Positions 1-8,673 of a stretch of DNA of 64,000 nucleotides are shown in pieces (the first letter of the stretch is position 1; each line of letters begins with the position of its first letter). Location: NCBI GenBank assembly GCA_038207395.1, contig JBBQZW010000003.1:115760-179759 (forward strand), written 5' to 3'. Origin of the DNA: Minisyncoccia bacterium (GTDB lineage: Bacteria > Patescibacteriota > Minisyncoccia > Phycocordibacterales > Phycocordibacteraceae). The position numbers and the translations under genes were made by a program. Under the pieces are notes generated by a model. That model was given only the letters and a program-made list of their open reading frames with translations, ran no database searches and was not told the DNA's origin.

Positions 1-377
1 ATACGCCGCAGCACGACGGCCGAAGCGTTGTCGTACGTATTGATGACGATGAGAAGCACGTACGTGCAACGATTACCGATACCGGAATTGGCATTGCCCA
101 AAAAGACTTGTACTACGTTTTTCAGCCGTACTTCCGAGGAGACACTTCGCGTGAGCGCACTATTGGGAGCGGGACGAGTGGCCTAGGTCTTGCAATTGTA
201 AACGATATCGTGAAAGCCCACGGCGGAACTATCGTTATTCGTAGCGCACTTAATCGAGGAACCACTATAGAGCTTTCCTTTCCTAAATCAGATACGCGTG
301 AATACGTTAAGAAAGAAGCCGCCCTAGAAGAAGACGACTTAGAACACGAGGAATCGATCCTTTCGGATACCGTCTAA
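1..377 (+). CDS. sensor histidine kinase, C-terminal fragment (HATPase_c domain); 5' end lies outside the window
   Basis: Open frame from position 3; motifs ITDTGIGIAQKDL, FQPYFRGD and GSGTSGLGLAIV are typical N/G1/G2 boxes of HATPase_c. Confidence 0.7.
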   Translation, partial: TPQHDGRSVVVRIDDDEKHVRATITDTGIGIAQKDLYYVFQPYFRGDTSRERTIGSGTSGLGLAIVNDIVKAHGGTIVIRSALNRGTTIELSFPKSDTREYVKKEAALEEDDLEHEESILSDTV

Positions 378-1144
378 CGCTTCAATCCTGCGCCTGTGCG
401 GAAGAGGATAAGGGTCCAAAGCAGCATGACGAGCGTGAAGGCAATGATAACGGCGAAACATCGTCCGATAGAAACATCCGATACTCCGAGAAATCCATAC
501 CGGAAGGCATTTACCATATACAGAATAGGATTAAGGAGCGAAATCTTTGCAAAGAATGGCGGAAGAAGGTGTATGGAGTAGAACACCCCACCGAGATACG
601 TAAGCGGGGTCAAAACGAAGTTCGGAACAATAGATATGGCGTCAAACGACTTTGCATAGATAGCGTTTACGATACCGGCAAGTGCAAACAAAAGTGCCGT
701 AAGGAATGCTGCTGAGAAGAGAATAAAGAAATTAAAGATGGCGAGGTGCGTAAAGAAGAGTGAAACGATAACCACAAGTACGCCTGTAAGAAAGGCACGG
801 ATAATACCTCCTGAGACAAAGCCTGCGATAACGGTCCATGACGGCATCGGAGAAACAAGGATTTCATCAATCACTCGCTGCCACTTCGCAAAGTAAAACG
901 TGGAGACGGTATTCATATAGGCCGCAGTAATGATACTCATCATGACGAGCCCTGGAACAATATACTGAATATAGGTGAAACCGCTGATAGGCGCGACCTG
1001 GCTCCCAATAAATTTTCCAAACACGACGAAGTAAAGTGACATCGTTATTACCGGTGGCAACAATGTTTGCGTCCAAATACGGAAAATACGCACGACTTCT
1101 TTGCGCACCATGGTGGTATACCCGACAATAATTGGTGATTTCAT
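374..1144 (-). CDS. ABC-2 type transporter permease
   Basis: 256 aa, about six predicted TM helices, 4-nt overlap with the adjacent ATPase gene downstream start; typical ABC-2 permease architecture. Confidence 0.6.
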   Translation of the reverse strand: MKSPIIVGYTTMVRKEVVRIFRIWTQTLLPPVITMSLYFVVFGKFIGSQVAPISGFTYIQYIVPGLVMMSIITAAYMNTVSTFYFAKWQRVIDEILVSPMPSWTVIAGFVSGGIIRAFLTGVLVVIVSLFFTHLAIFNFFILFSAAFLTALLFALAGIVNAIYAKSFDAISIVPNFVLTPLTYLGGVFYSIHLLPPFFAKISLLNPILYMVNAFRYGFLGVSDVSIGRCFAVIIAFTLVMLLWTLILFRTGAGLKR

Positions 1145-1156
1145 ACCTTGGTGCGG

Positions 1157-2095
1157 TTACGAGTTCTTCTTTTCAATAAGCTGAATAAACACTTCCTCAA
1201 GCATACTGCCCGTAGTACGCACGTTTTTAATATGGACCCCTACTGAAGAGAGCTTACGGAATACTTCGTTTAGCGTAGCTCCCGGCTTGAGGGTGAGCTT
1301 TAGGACATGCTCGTCTTCTCGTACAAGAGGCTCACCACGCAGAAGCAGCATGATTGCTTCTGTTATAGATTCAACCGTATCCAAATGAAGGGTTATGAAG
1401 TGAAGTTTTGAAAGAAGCTGCTGCACACTTCCCTCCTCAATGATCTCGCCATTATTAATGATAGCGACACGACGAGAAAGCTGCTCAGCTTCTTCGAGGT
1501 AATGAGTGGTAAGAAGAATGGTGGTACCTGAGGCATTTAGCTCACGAAGGAAGTCCCACATACTACGACGAAGCTCCACGTCAACACCGGCTGTTGGTTC
1601 ATCAAGCAAAAGAATCTGTGGCTTGTGAATAAGCGCGCGTGCAATCATGAGGCGACGCTTCATGCCGCCTGAAAGCGCCTGAGCTTGCTGATCTTTCTTT
1701 TCCCATAGACCCAGGTCTTTCAAAATCTTCTCTGCATACGGAAGCGCATCTTTGCGCGTAATGCCGTAATACCCTGCCTGATCAAGAATGATATCGAGTA
1801 CCTTTTCAAAGATACTGAAGTTAAATTCTTGTGGTACGAGCCCAATAAATGATTTGGCTAGATCAGGATTCTCGTCAATTGATACGCCATGTATCTTTAC
1901 GGTACCTTCAGTCTTCACGCCAAGACCGGCAAGTATGGAGATAAGAGTCGTTTTACCTGCACCGTTAGGGCCGAGCAATGAGAAGAATTCTCCTTGCGGG
2001 ATAGTGAGTGACACACCTTTAACAGCCTCCATCTTGGTATTCTTGCCGGTGGTGTAGGTCTTTTTGAGACCAGTAATTTCAATTGCGGGAGTCAT
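1157..2095 (-). CDS. ABC transporter ATP-binding protein
   Basis: Walker A GPNGAGKTT, signature LSGGMKRRL, Walker B LLLDEPTAGVD. Confidence 0.85.
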   Translation of the reverse strand: MTPAIEITGLKKTYTTGKNTKMEAVKGVSLTIPQGEFFSLLGPNGAGKTTLISILAGLGVKTEGTVKIHGVSIDENPDLAKSFIGLVPQEFNFSIFEKVLDIILDQAGYYGITRKDALPYAEKILKDLGLWEKKDQQAQALSGGMKRRLMIARALIHKPQILLLDEPTAGVDVELRRSMWDFLRELNASGTTILLTTHYLEEAEQLSRRVAIINNGEIIEEGSVQQLLSKLHFITLHLDTVESITEAIMLLLRGEPLVREDEHVLKLTLKPGATLNEVFRKLSSVGVHIKNVRTTGSMLEEVFIQLIEKKNS

Positions 2096-2154
2096 TTTTA
2101 TCAGTATACCAAATGCCGTATTTTTTTACACATACGGTATGCTGTGTAGAGCAT

Positions 2155-4005
2155 ATGACTGAATATCTATTTTTTATAGCCCTTGGCGTTGCAGTTTTTA
2201 CGAGTGGCGCTTTTATGTACGGGATATATCAGCTTTTCGTACCAAGTTCAGTGAAAACAAGACGTGAACTAGATACTGATGAAGAAAAGAAAGATCGTGA
2301 ATCTAAAAGCGCTTCTTCTTCCTCCAGTGACGAGCTACGCACATCACTCTCGACTATTCTACGAGGAGATGTTTCTAATTCATCCCAAGATCGTGCGCAA
2401 TACAGTCGCGACACGAGTATCTTTCAACGCGTTCCTGAGGTGGTCGTATTCCCAAAAGACGCTGATGATGTCGGGGCGCTTGTGCGTGAGATTGCAAGGC
2501 AAAAAGAAAACGGAGCAGATATTTCCGTAACTGCGCGTTCAGCAGGTACGGACATGTCTGGTGGTCCACTCACTCGTTCCGTAGTGGCTGTCTTTACCAA
2601 ATATATGAATACGGTGCGCGAAGTGAAGCAAACACCTGAAGGAGGGTACGCAATCACTGAACCTGGAGTTTTTTATCGTGACTTTGAAAAGGAAACGCTG
2701 GCACACGGCGGTCTCATGCTTCAGTCATACCCTGCGTCTCGTGAGATTGCTGCTATGGGCGGTATTTTGAATAACAATTCAGGCGGCGAACGTACGCTTG
2801 AATATGGAAAGACAGAAAAATATGTGGACTCAGTTGATGTTGTTCTTTCAGACGGAACCCAGGCAACGTTCAGTGCCCTCACCCGCGATGAGCTTGATGA
2901 GAAGAAAAAACTTGAAACGCTTGAAGGTGCACTTTACCGAAAGATTGATGCGCTGCTGATTGATAACGCGGCATTGATCGAAAAGGCAATTCCGAGCGTC
3001 TCAAAAAATTCAGCAGGATACTCTCTCTGGAGTATTAAAGATAAACAGGCTGGCACGTTTAATTTAGCAAAACTCATTTGCGGTGCACAGGGTACGCTTG
3101 CACTTACTACCTCGATGAAGCTTTCGCTTGTTAAAGATCAAGGCTCACGCAGTATGCTTGTTGCCTTTCTTTCTAAGCGTGACCTTGCTCGGTTACCTGA
3201 AATAGTTAAGGCTGTACTTCCCCATAACCCAGAATCGTTTGAGTCGTTTGATGAACACACGCTCACGCTCGCCATTCGTTTCCTCCCCGGCATTCTTTCG
3301 CAAATGGGACTACTGCGCGCTGCGCGCCTTGGACTTTCTTTCCTTCCTGAGCTCTGGATGACTTTGACCGGAGGACTTCCAAATCTCATTCTTATGGCTG
3401 AGTTTTCCGAAGATACGCATGAGGCAGCATTGGCTGCTGCCAATGCTGCCCAGAAGTCTCTTGCGCCCTTCTCACTTCAGACAAGTGTACTCGCAGACGA
3501 ACGTGCGAGCGAAAAGTACTGGATTGTTCGTCGTGAAAGCTTTGCCCTTCTTCGCAAACATTCAAAAGGATTGTATGCCGCACCCTTTATCGATGACCTC
3601 ATCGTTCCTCCCGACACGTACCCCGAGTTCCTTCCTGCACTAAACGCGCTTCTTAATGAATACAAGGAGTACTTTATTTACACCGTAGCGGGTCATATTG
3701 GAAACGGAAACTTCCATATTATTCCTTTGATGGATCTTAGCCGTCCTGAAGTACGCAATGTCATCCTTGAGCTCTCTCCAAAAGTGTATGACTTGGTGCT
3801 CAAATATGGAGGCTCCACAACGGGTGAGCATAACGATGGAATTATTCGCACCCCGTACGTAGAGAAGCAGTTCGGACCAGAGATGTACAAACTCTTCGAA
3901 GATACCAAACGTATATTCGATCCGCTGAATATTTTCAATCCTGGAAAGAAGGTGAACGGCACATTTGAGGACATCAAGAACGACATGCTTACGAGTTCGT
4001 CATAG
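2155..4005 (+). CDS. FAD-linked oxidase (GlcD / D-lactate dehydrogenase family) with N-terminal TM anchor and Ser/Asp/Lys-rich linker
   Basis: FAD-binding PCMH-type N-terminal region (FPKDADDVGALVRE...SVTARSAGTDMSGG); start moved to the ATG at 2155 so it does not overlap the divergent ATPase start. Confidence 0.7.
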   Translation: MTEYLFFIALGVAVFTSGAFMYGIYQLFVPSSVKTRRELDTDEEKKDRESKSASSSSSDELRTSLSTILRGDVSNSSQDRAQYSRDTSIFQRVPEVVVFPKDADDVGALVREIARQKENGADISVTARSAGTDMSGGPLTRSVVAVFTKYMNTVREVKQTPEGGYAITEPGVFYRDFEKETLAHGGLMLQSYPASREIAAMGGILNNNSGGERTLEYGKTEKYVDSVDVVLSDGTQATFSALTRDELDEKKKLETLEGALYRKIDALLIDNAALIEKAIPSVSKNSAGYSLWSIKDKQAGTFNLAKLICGAQGTLALTTSMKLSLVKDQGSRSMLVAFLSKRDLARLPEIVKAVLPHNPESFESFDEHTLTLAIRFLPGILSQMGLLRAARLGLSFLPELWMTLTGGLPNLILMAEFSEDTHEAALAAANAAQKSLAPFSLQTSVLADERASEKYWIVRRESFALLRKHSKGLYAAPFIDDLIVPPDTYPEFLPALNALLNEYKEYFIYTVAGHIGNGNFHIIPLMDLSRPEVRNVILELSPKVYDLVLKYGGSTTGEHNDGIIRTPYVEKQFGPEMYKLFEDTKRIFDPLNIFNPGKKVNGTFEDIKNDMLTSSS

Positions 4006-4018
4006 CACTGCCTATAAT

Positions 4019-4047
4019 TTGACCATAGCGTTCTAAAGTGCTATAAT
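4019..4047 (+). promoter_or_regulatory. sigma70-like promoter: TTGACC, 17 nt spacer, TATAAT
   Basis: Near-consensus -35/-10 with 17-nt spacer, about 45 nt upstream of the ORF at 4094. Confidence 0.4.
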
Positions 4048-4093
4048 ACTAAGGAACCTAGTTCATTAACACTTACACCATTGGAGATGTGCA

Positions 4094-4531
4094 TTGAGTA
4101 ATCAAAAGCTGTTGGAGGCAACTATTCCGGACCATCAAGGGCCCGAATTTCCTTCCTCCGGAAACTATATGCAAGAAGCGTATATCACGGGGCGGCATCA
4201 CCACTTTCCCATCAATGAAGCATTCCTGCGCTTTTATGCTGAGGACCTCAGCATGCTGATGATGCCAAACGTCAAATATTATGACGACTTTGTTACCGAA
4301 GACGGTACACACTGGCGTTGCGTACGTGTTCTACTGACTGACGTCGTGTGTCGCATTCTCTTCCCGAAGGAACGTGATCGTACTCATGAGGACGGCACCG
4401 TTTCTGCCTGTCATGTCGCTTTCTATTTCGATGCCAATCGTGTTCTGTCGGAAGAGGAAGTGGACAAATTTGGCCGAACTCTCTTTTCGGTCTTCGACAT
4501 GGCGCGACGCGAATTCCGCCAGCAAAAATAA
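4094..4531 (+). CDS. hypothetical protein (145 aa, TTG start)
   Basis: ORF preceded by GGAG 7 nt upstream of TTG; followed by a clear terminator. Confidence 0.45.
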   Translation: MSNQKLLEATIPDHQGPEFPSSGNYMQEAYITGRHHHFPINEAFLRFYAEDLSMLMMPNVKYYDDFVTEDGTHWRCVRVLLTDVVCRILFPKERDRTHEDGTVSACHVAFYFDANRVLSEEEVDKFGRTLFSVFDMARREFRQQK

Positions 4532-4550
4532 TCCAACCGCTACGATATAT

Positions 4551-4590
4551 AGGCCGAACGTGGTACGTATCACGTTCGGCCTTTTTATTT
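4551..4590 (+). terminator. rho-independent terminator
   Basis: GGCCGAACGTG...CACGTTCGGCC stem followed by TTTTTATTT. Confidence 0.6.
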
Positions 4591-4626
4591 ATAAAATAAC
4601 TCTATCCACACCCCACGGCCTAACCC

Positions 4627-4655
4627 TTGAGTTTTAGGCCATTATATAGCATAAT
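4627..4655 (+). promoter_or_regulatory. candidate promoter: TTGAGT, 17 nt spacer, CATAAT
   Basis: -35/-10-like hexamers about 100 nt upstream of the RRM gene (long 5' UTR containing a GGTTATATAACC palindrome). Confidence 0.3.
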
Positions 4656-4754
4656 CGAGATAACTCGCAGACAACCCAAGCTTCTGGCCGTGCGTTAGCA
4701 AGGATTCTCAAGGTTCGGATCGGCGAGGTTATATAACCTAGTTACTTACGCCTC

Positions 4755-5120
4755 ATGGCAAATACCAAGCTCTATGTCGGTGGTATCCCGTACCGCACGA
4801 CCGAGGATGAAATGCGTACCGCTTTTGAAGAAGCAGGTGCCGTTACATCCGTTAGTATTATCAGCGACCGCATGACGGGCCGCTCACGCGGTTTCGGCTT
4901 TGTGGAAATGGCCGACGAAGCAGGCGCACAGTCTGCCGTTGACCGTTGGGATGGAAAGGAATTTGATGGCCGCATGCTATCAGTTTCTATGGCGCGCCCT
5001 CAGGGTGACCGTCCTCCTCGCGACAACAACGCTCCTCGTGGAGGAGGGTATGGTGGTGGTGATCGTGGAGGCTTCGGCGGTGGAAACCGCGGTGGCTTCG
5101 GCGGTGGAAACAGCTACTAA
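4755..5120 (+). CDS. RRM-type RNA-binding protein with Gly/Arg-rich (RGG) C-terminal tail
   Basis: RNP1-like RGFGFVEM and RNP2-like LYVGGIP; C-terminal GGGYGGGDRGGFGGGNRGGFGGG. Confidence 0.8.
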   Translation: MANTKLYVGGIPYRTTEDEMRTAFEEAGAVTSVSIISDRMTGRSRGFGFVEMADEAGAQSAVDRWDGKEFDGRMLSVSMARPQGDRPPRDNNAPRGGGYGGGDRGGFGGGNRGGFGGGNSY

Positions 5121-5140
5121 TACTACGCTTCGAGACAAAA

Positions 5141-5177
5141 AGAACAGCCCGGCTCACGCCGGGCTGTTCTTTTATTT
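5141..5177. terminator. bidirectional rho-independent terminator
   Basis: AGAACAGCCCGGC-tcac-GCCGGGCTGTTCT flanked by an A-run and a T-run; sits between convergent genes. Confidence 0.6.
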
Positions 5178-5181
5178 GTAC

Positions 5182-5622
5182 CTATGGCTTCAAATGTTGT
5201 GCCTCAATTTTCGCACGCTCAGCGCTCCATCCAATCAAGTTTGAGACTATCTGGAAGAATGAGCCAAGCGCTCCAAGCGCGAGGATAAGAATGACGGGCC
5301 ACGAGTATATGCTTCCAAAGTAGAAGGTAACGATAAACCAACTAAACCAGAGTCCAATACACCACGGGCAGTTAATAAGAACGCCAAGTGCTTCGCGAAG
5401 CGTGCCTTTCTCTGCTCCCACAAACCAGTCGCGTACAAACTGAGTTATCTTGTCGTACGTGAACAGACGAATCAGGCGGTAAATAGCGAGTGCCATGAGG
5501 ATGAGGTCACGAACGGGTACCTCATAGAAAATACGGCCCTGGGCTGAAAGGGTTCCAATCGAAACGATAACAAGAAGCGCAAAGAACAAACTGAGAACTA
5601 CATTCCAAAAGTGAATTCGCAT
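5182..5622 (-). CDS. DUF1360-like integral membrane protein
   Basis: 146 aa, 3-4 TM helices, CPWCIGLW motif reminiscent of the DUF1360 family. Confidence 0.45.
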   Translation of the reverse strand: MRIHFWNVVLSLFFALLVIVSIGTLSAQGRIFYEVPVRDLILMALAIYRLIRLFTYDKITQFVRDWFVGAEKGTLREALGVLINCPWCIGLWFSWFIVTFYFGSIYSWPVILILALGALGSFFQIVSNLIGWSAERAKIEAQHLKP

Positions 5623-5725
5623 AAATAATAGGTATAGATAGTGGCTATGTACTTAGTGTACTGCTCTGCGGGTGAATATGTAAGGTAATCAAGAATGACC
5701 CGGTCCGGGTCATTCTTGAGGCATA

Positions 5726-6037
5726 TTATCGGTGCGGACACCCTGGCCAGCAGCACGGACGACGTTTCCCTTCCGTAAGCTGTTTGATCATACGCGTAGT
5801 ATGTTCTTTTCTTGTCTCAGCTTTCTTAACCGAAGTAATCCAGCAGATCCATTCGTTGCGCCCCAGTAGCGTTAGTCCATTCCAGAGTTCCAGAACCTTA
5901 GGATTAGTAAGGAGTGCTTTGCGCACATCCAAAGGTACGGTATGAACTACGCCGCTCGCAATCTTAACCATACCTGCACTATAGCAAAAATTCTTTGCTG
6001 GCAGTGCGAGATGATGTTGGAACTTTTCTACCGCCAT
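5726..6037 (-). CDS. YdeI/OmpD-associated (OmdA, bacteriocin-protection family) protein
   Basis: C-terminal KRRPCCWPGCPHR and NEWICWITSVKKAETR match the family signature from memory. Confidence 0.6.
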   Translation of the reverse strand: MAVEKFQHHLALPAKNFCYSAGMVKIASGVVHTVPLDVRKALLTNPKVLELWNGLTLLGRNEWICWITSVKKAETRKEHTTRMIKQLTEGKRRPCCWPGCPHR

Positions 6038-6075
6038 GCTAGCTTCTACTCAGACAGCTACCCTAGGAGGCACTG
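5990..6075 (+). repeat. copy A of an 85-nt repeated upstream segment (TTGCTGGCAG..GATGTTGGAAC.TTTCT..ATGCTA..AGGAG)
   Basis: About 70% identical to 6468-6560; its complement encodes the first 15 codons of the OmdA gene. Confidence 0.5.
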
Positions 6076-6435
6076 ATGATTTTAATAAAATTGCACCGCA
6101 CGGGAACCTGCTTCACCTGTAAGCAGCAGTTCGAATTGCCACCACCTTCTATCAAGAATGGGACTGCGCTTCCGCACCACAAAGCCCTGGGCAAAAAATG
6201 CCGTGGCTCCGGAATGAGCGCCTGGTATGAACGTCCGATTATCAAGACGGAACAGGAAGCTATTGCAGTTGCAGAATTTCTGTCCAAGGATGACGGGCAT
6301 TGTTTCGTTCTCGCAAGTCACACCATGGCCTGTGGTGACGGAAGAGATTGTGCAAAGAAACGAATGCAGCTCGCGCGTACTTTAGCTGATTATTTTCTCG
6401 ATGAGTTCGGAGTCTCGAGAGCTAACGCAGCATGA
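6076..6435 (+). CDS. hypothetical Cys-containing protein (119 aa)
   Basis: TAGGAGG 5 nt upstream of ATG; own terminator; possibly DUF1801-like partner of the OmdA gene (guess). Confidence 0.5.
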   Translation: MILIKLHRTGTCFTCKQQFELPPPSIKNGTALPHHKALGKKCRGSGMSAWYERPIIKTEQEAIAVAEFLSKDDGHCFVLASHTMACGDGRDCAKKRMQLARTLADYFLDEFGVSRANAA

Positions 6436-6443
6436 CTGCAAAT

Positions 6444-6480
6444 GCCCACCCATGGAATATGGGTGGGCATTTCTTTTATT
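6444..6480 (+). terminator. rho-independent terminator
   Basis: GCCCACCCAT-ggaat-ATGGGTGGGC then TTTCTTTTATT. Confidence 0.55.
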
Positions 6481-6560
6481 GCTGGCAGACTGGGACGATG
6501 TTGGAACCTTTCTGCAACATATGCTAAGTTTTGTCTAGGCTAGCACAAGGAGTTAAAGAA
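6468..6560 (+). repeat. copy B of the repeated upstream segment
   Basis: TTTTATTGCTGGCAGACTGGGACGATGTTGGAACCTTTCTGCAACATATGCTAAG...AAGGAG directly upstream of the ORF at 6561. Confidence 0.5.
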
Positions 6561-6956
6561 ATGACCGATGCGTGGATGAAGCGCGGCGCCGAGCGCCAGG
6601 AATTCCTGGAATCGCTTAAGCGTCAAATTATCGATGAGGAAGAAGAATCTCATCAGAGACTGACCGTTCAGATTCCTCTTGCGATCGCGGTGATGGAACT
6701 TCTGGGCGCATCTTCGCCAGCGCCGATCACTGTAGTTGCCAAAGAAAAGGTCTGGCACTTACTTTCAAAGAAAGTCTGGCCGCAGATCAAGAGTTTTGCT
6801 CGAACGCCAGAAGAAGAAAAAGCTCTCCTTGCCGAGCTGCTTTTGTGGGAAGCGAACTCTCTTGCGAACTACTTTAAGGCACCTTTGCAGACGCAGGAGA
6901 TCGACGAGCCTGAGAAGCTTTTTGAAGGCCGCCAAGCAATGGACAAAGCTGATTAA
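6561..6956 (+). CDS. hypothetical protein (131 aa)
   Basis: AAGGAG 9 nt upstream of the ATG at 6561; own terminator. Confidence 0.5.
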   Translation: MTDAWMKRGAERQEFLESLKRQIIDEEEESHQRLTVQIPLAIAVMELLGASSPAPITVVAKEKVWHLLSKKVWPQIKSFARTPEEEKALLAELLLWEANSLANYFKAPLQTQEIDEPEKLFEGRQAMDKAD

Positions 6957-6967
6957 GGGAGGTGATA

Positions 6968-7003
6968 CTGCCGGGGACCGAAAGGGCCCGGCAGTTTTTT
7001 ATT
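6968..7003 (+). terminator. rho-independent terminator
   Basis: CTGCCGGGGACC-gaaa-GGGCCCGGCAG then TTTTTTATT. Confidence 0.55.
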
Positions 7004-7040
7004 GCTGGCAGAGTGGGGATCGAACCAATACGGTACAATG
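6993..7040 (+). repeat. copy C (5' part only) of the repeated segment, upstream of prmC
   Basis: TTTTATTGCTGGCAGAGTGGGGATCGAACC shares the first 25 nt with copies A and B. Confidence 0.4.
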
Positions 7041-7820
7041 CACATAATGGACTCGGATACATACGAAAAAGACCTACAGCTACTCGTTCGGGACAAGTAT
7101 GCAGGAGATGCAGGAAAGGTAACTAAGGAAGATACAGAGCGGCTCGCCGCAGGCGAGCCGCTTGCATATATCATCGGCTGGATTCCTTTCCTTACTCTTC
7201 ACATAGATCTCTCCAGCCGTTCGCTCATTCCCCGTCCTGAAACAGAGTGGTGGACGGAACAACTCATTATTCGTCTGCGTGAGAAATTCAAGAATGATTC
7301 TTTCGCATTTCTCGACCTTTGTGCTGGCTCTGGCGCTATCGGGCTTTCAATACTCAAAGAATTTCCGAATGCTCACGTTTCATTTGGTGAACTCATTCCT
7401 GAGCACGGTGACCAAATTAGAAAAAATATTGCCCTTAACAATCTCGATGCTTCCCGTGCTGATATTAGGGAATCATATCTTTTTGAATCGTTTAGAAATG
7501 ACATTCATCAGGAGATGCGTTTTAACGTTATCGCAACAAACCCACCCTACGTTCCTGAAGAACGAGAACTTGAGACGAGTGTCATACACTTTGAGCCTAA
7601 GGAGGCATTGTTTAGCGGCTCAGACGGCCTTGATCTAATTCGGGAGATTGCCGTACGTGTTGATGATTATCTGTACCCTAAAGGTGAAGTGTGGCTTGAA
7701 GCTGACATATCAAATATTGATGCTGCAGCTAATCTTCTGATGAATGGTGGGGCGGTAAAGACGACAATACTCACTGACCCGTATGACAGGCAGCGCGTAG
7801 TAGTGTCATACTATCCGTAA
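7038..7820 (+). CDS. prmC: release factor glutamine N5-methyltransferase PrmC/HemK
   Basis: NPPYV catalytic motif, SAM-binding LDLCAGSGAIG, AYIIGW; ORF-track start at 7002 is a TTG inside the repeat/terminator, ATG at 7038 preferred. Confidence 0.75.
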   Translation: MHIMDSDTYEKDLQLLVRDKYAGDAGKVTKEDTERLAAGEPLAYIIGWIPFLTLHIDLSSRSLIPRPETEWWTEQLIIRLREKFKNDSFAFLDLCAGSGAIGLSILKEFPNAHVSFGELIPEHGDQIRKNIALNNLDASRADIRESYLFESFRNDIHQEMRFNVIATNPPYVPEERELETSVIHFEPKEALFSGSDGLDLIREIAVRVDDYLYPKGEVWLEADISNIDAAANLLMNGGAVKTTILTDPYDRQRVVVSYYP

Positions 7821-8068
7821 TGACAACCACCGACGCGTACCAAAGCCCGTTCTCAAAACCGCTCTATACCATTAGCACCACTGCTGACTTTAGTAGTGTC
7901 CTTACCATCGCCTTTTTCTTTATCTTCTTTGGCTGGCTCATCTACACGGTAATTGCGTCGTACCACTGGTTTCGCTACGCTCATAACTCATGGCTCGCTG
8001 TTCCAGCTGTTGCGACGTACATAGTGGTTTCGGGATTCTTGATTTTTTACATCGCCACCGGCGTATAG
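7820..8068 (+). CDS. small membrane protein (82 aa)
   Basis: Start overlaps the prmC stop (TAATG); two predicted TM helices. Confidence 0.45.
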   Translation: MTTTDAYQSPFSKPLYTISTTADFSSVLTIAFFFIFFGWLIYTVIASYHWFRYAHNSWLAVPAVATYIVVSGFLIFYIATGV

Positions 8069-8071
8069 CGT

Positions 8072-8632
8072 ATGGAAGAATTTGAACTTGAACCTGGCGA
8101 AGAGATAGTACTTCAAGTACGTCAGCATATGCTGGTCTTTGTGTTACGAGTGCTCCCGTTAGTTATTCTTGCCTTTGTTCCCGCACTGCTCTCAGGACTA
8201 TTTTCTGTATTCGCATCAATGAGTCCGCAGACGAGCGCCGCATACACCTCACTTAACCTCCCTGCGCATTTCACTCGTTTCTTCTATGGCCTTTGGCTTC
8301 TCGCACTTTGGACCGCGTTCTTTAGCATGCTCACCCGCCATGTCCTGACGGTTTGGATAATTACAAACATACGCATTGTGGATATTAAACAGTATGGATT
8401 CTTTAATCGTTCTGTTTCGAGCTTCCTTTTGATCAGAGTACAAGATATAACAACTGACGTTTCAGGACTCCTCGCTACCCTCTTCCGCTTTGGAAAACTC
8501 TCTGTTGAGACTGCGGGAAATGATGAACAGTTTGAAATGTCGGGAATTGTACACCCAGAATTCATTCGTGACACCATTATGGCGCAGGTTGCAGATCTAC
8601 ACGGACAAACAGGCTTTACTGACGGAGTGTAG
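8072..8632 (+). CDS. bacterial PH-domain (bPH_2 / YdbT-like) membrane protein
   Basis: N-terminal TM hairpins followed by ITNIRIVDIK...LSVETAGN, typical of the YdbS/YdbT bPH_2 fold. Confidence 0.5.
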   Translation: MEEFELEPGEEIVLQVRQHMLVFVLRVLPLVILAFVPALLSGLFSVFASMSPQTSAAYTSLNLPAHFTRFFYGLWLLALWTAFFSMLTRHVLTVWIITNIRIVDIKQYGFFNRSVSSFLLIRVQDITTDVSGLLATLFRFGKLSVETAGNDEQFEMSGIVHPEFIRDTIMAQVADLHGQTGFTDGV

Positions 8633-8673
8633 GAGGCGTTTAACCGGCGCGTTCAATCTGGTACACTGGCACT

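Noticed and set aside
7002-7075. tRNA-like 3' end motif (TGGCAGAGTGGGGATCGAACC, the reverse complement of GGTTCGATCCCCACTCTGCCA) suggesting a minus-strand tRNA
   Set aside because: No acceptor-stem partner and no D or anticodon arms can be formed from the adjacent 80 nt. The motif is part of the repeated terminator-flank element, and the region encodes the PrmC N-terminus.
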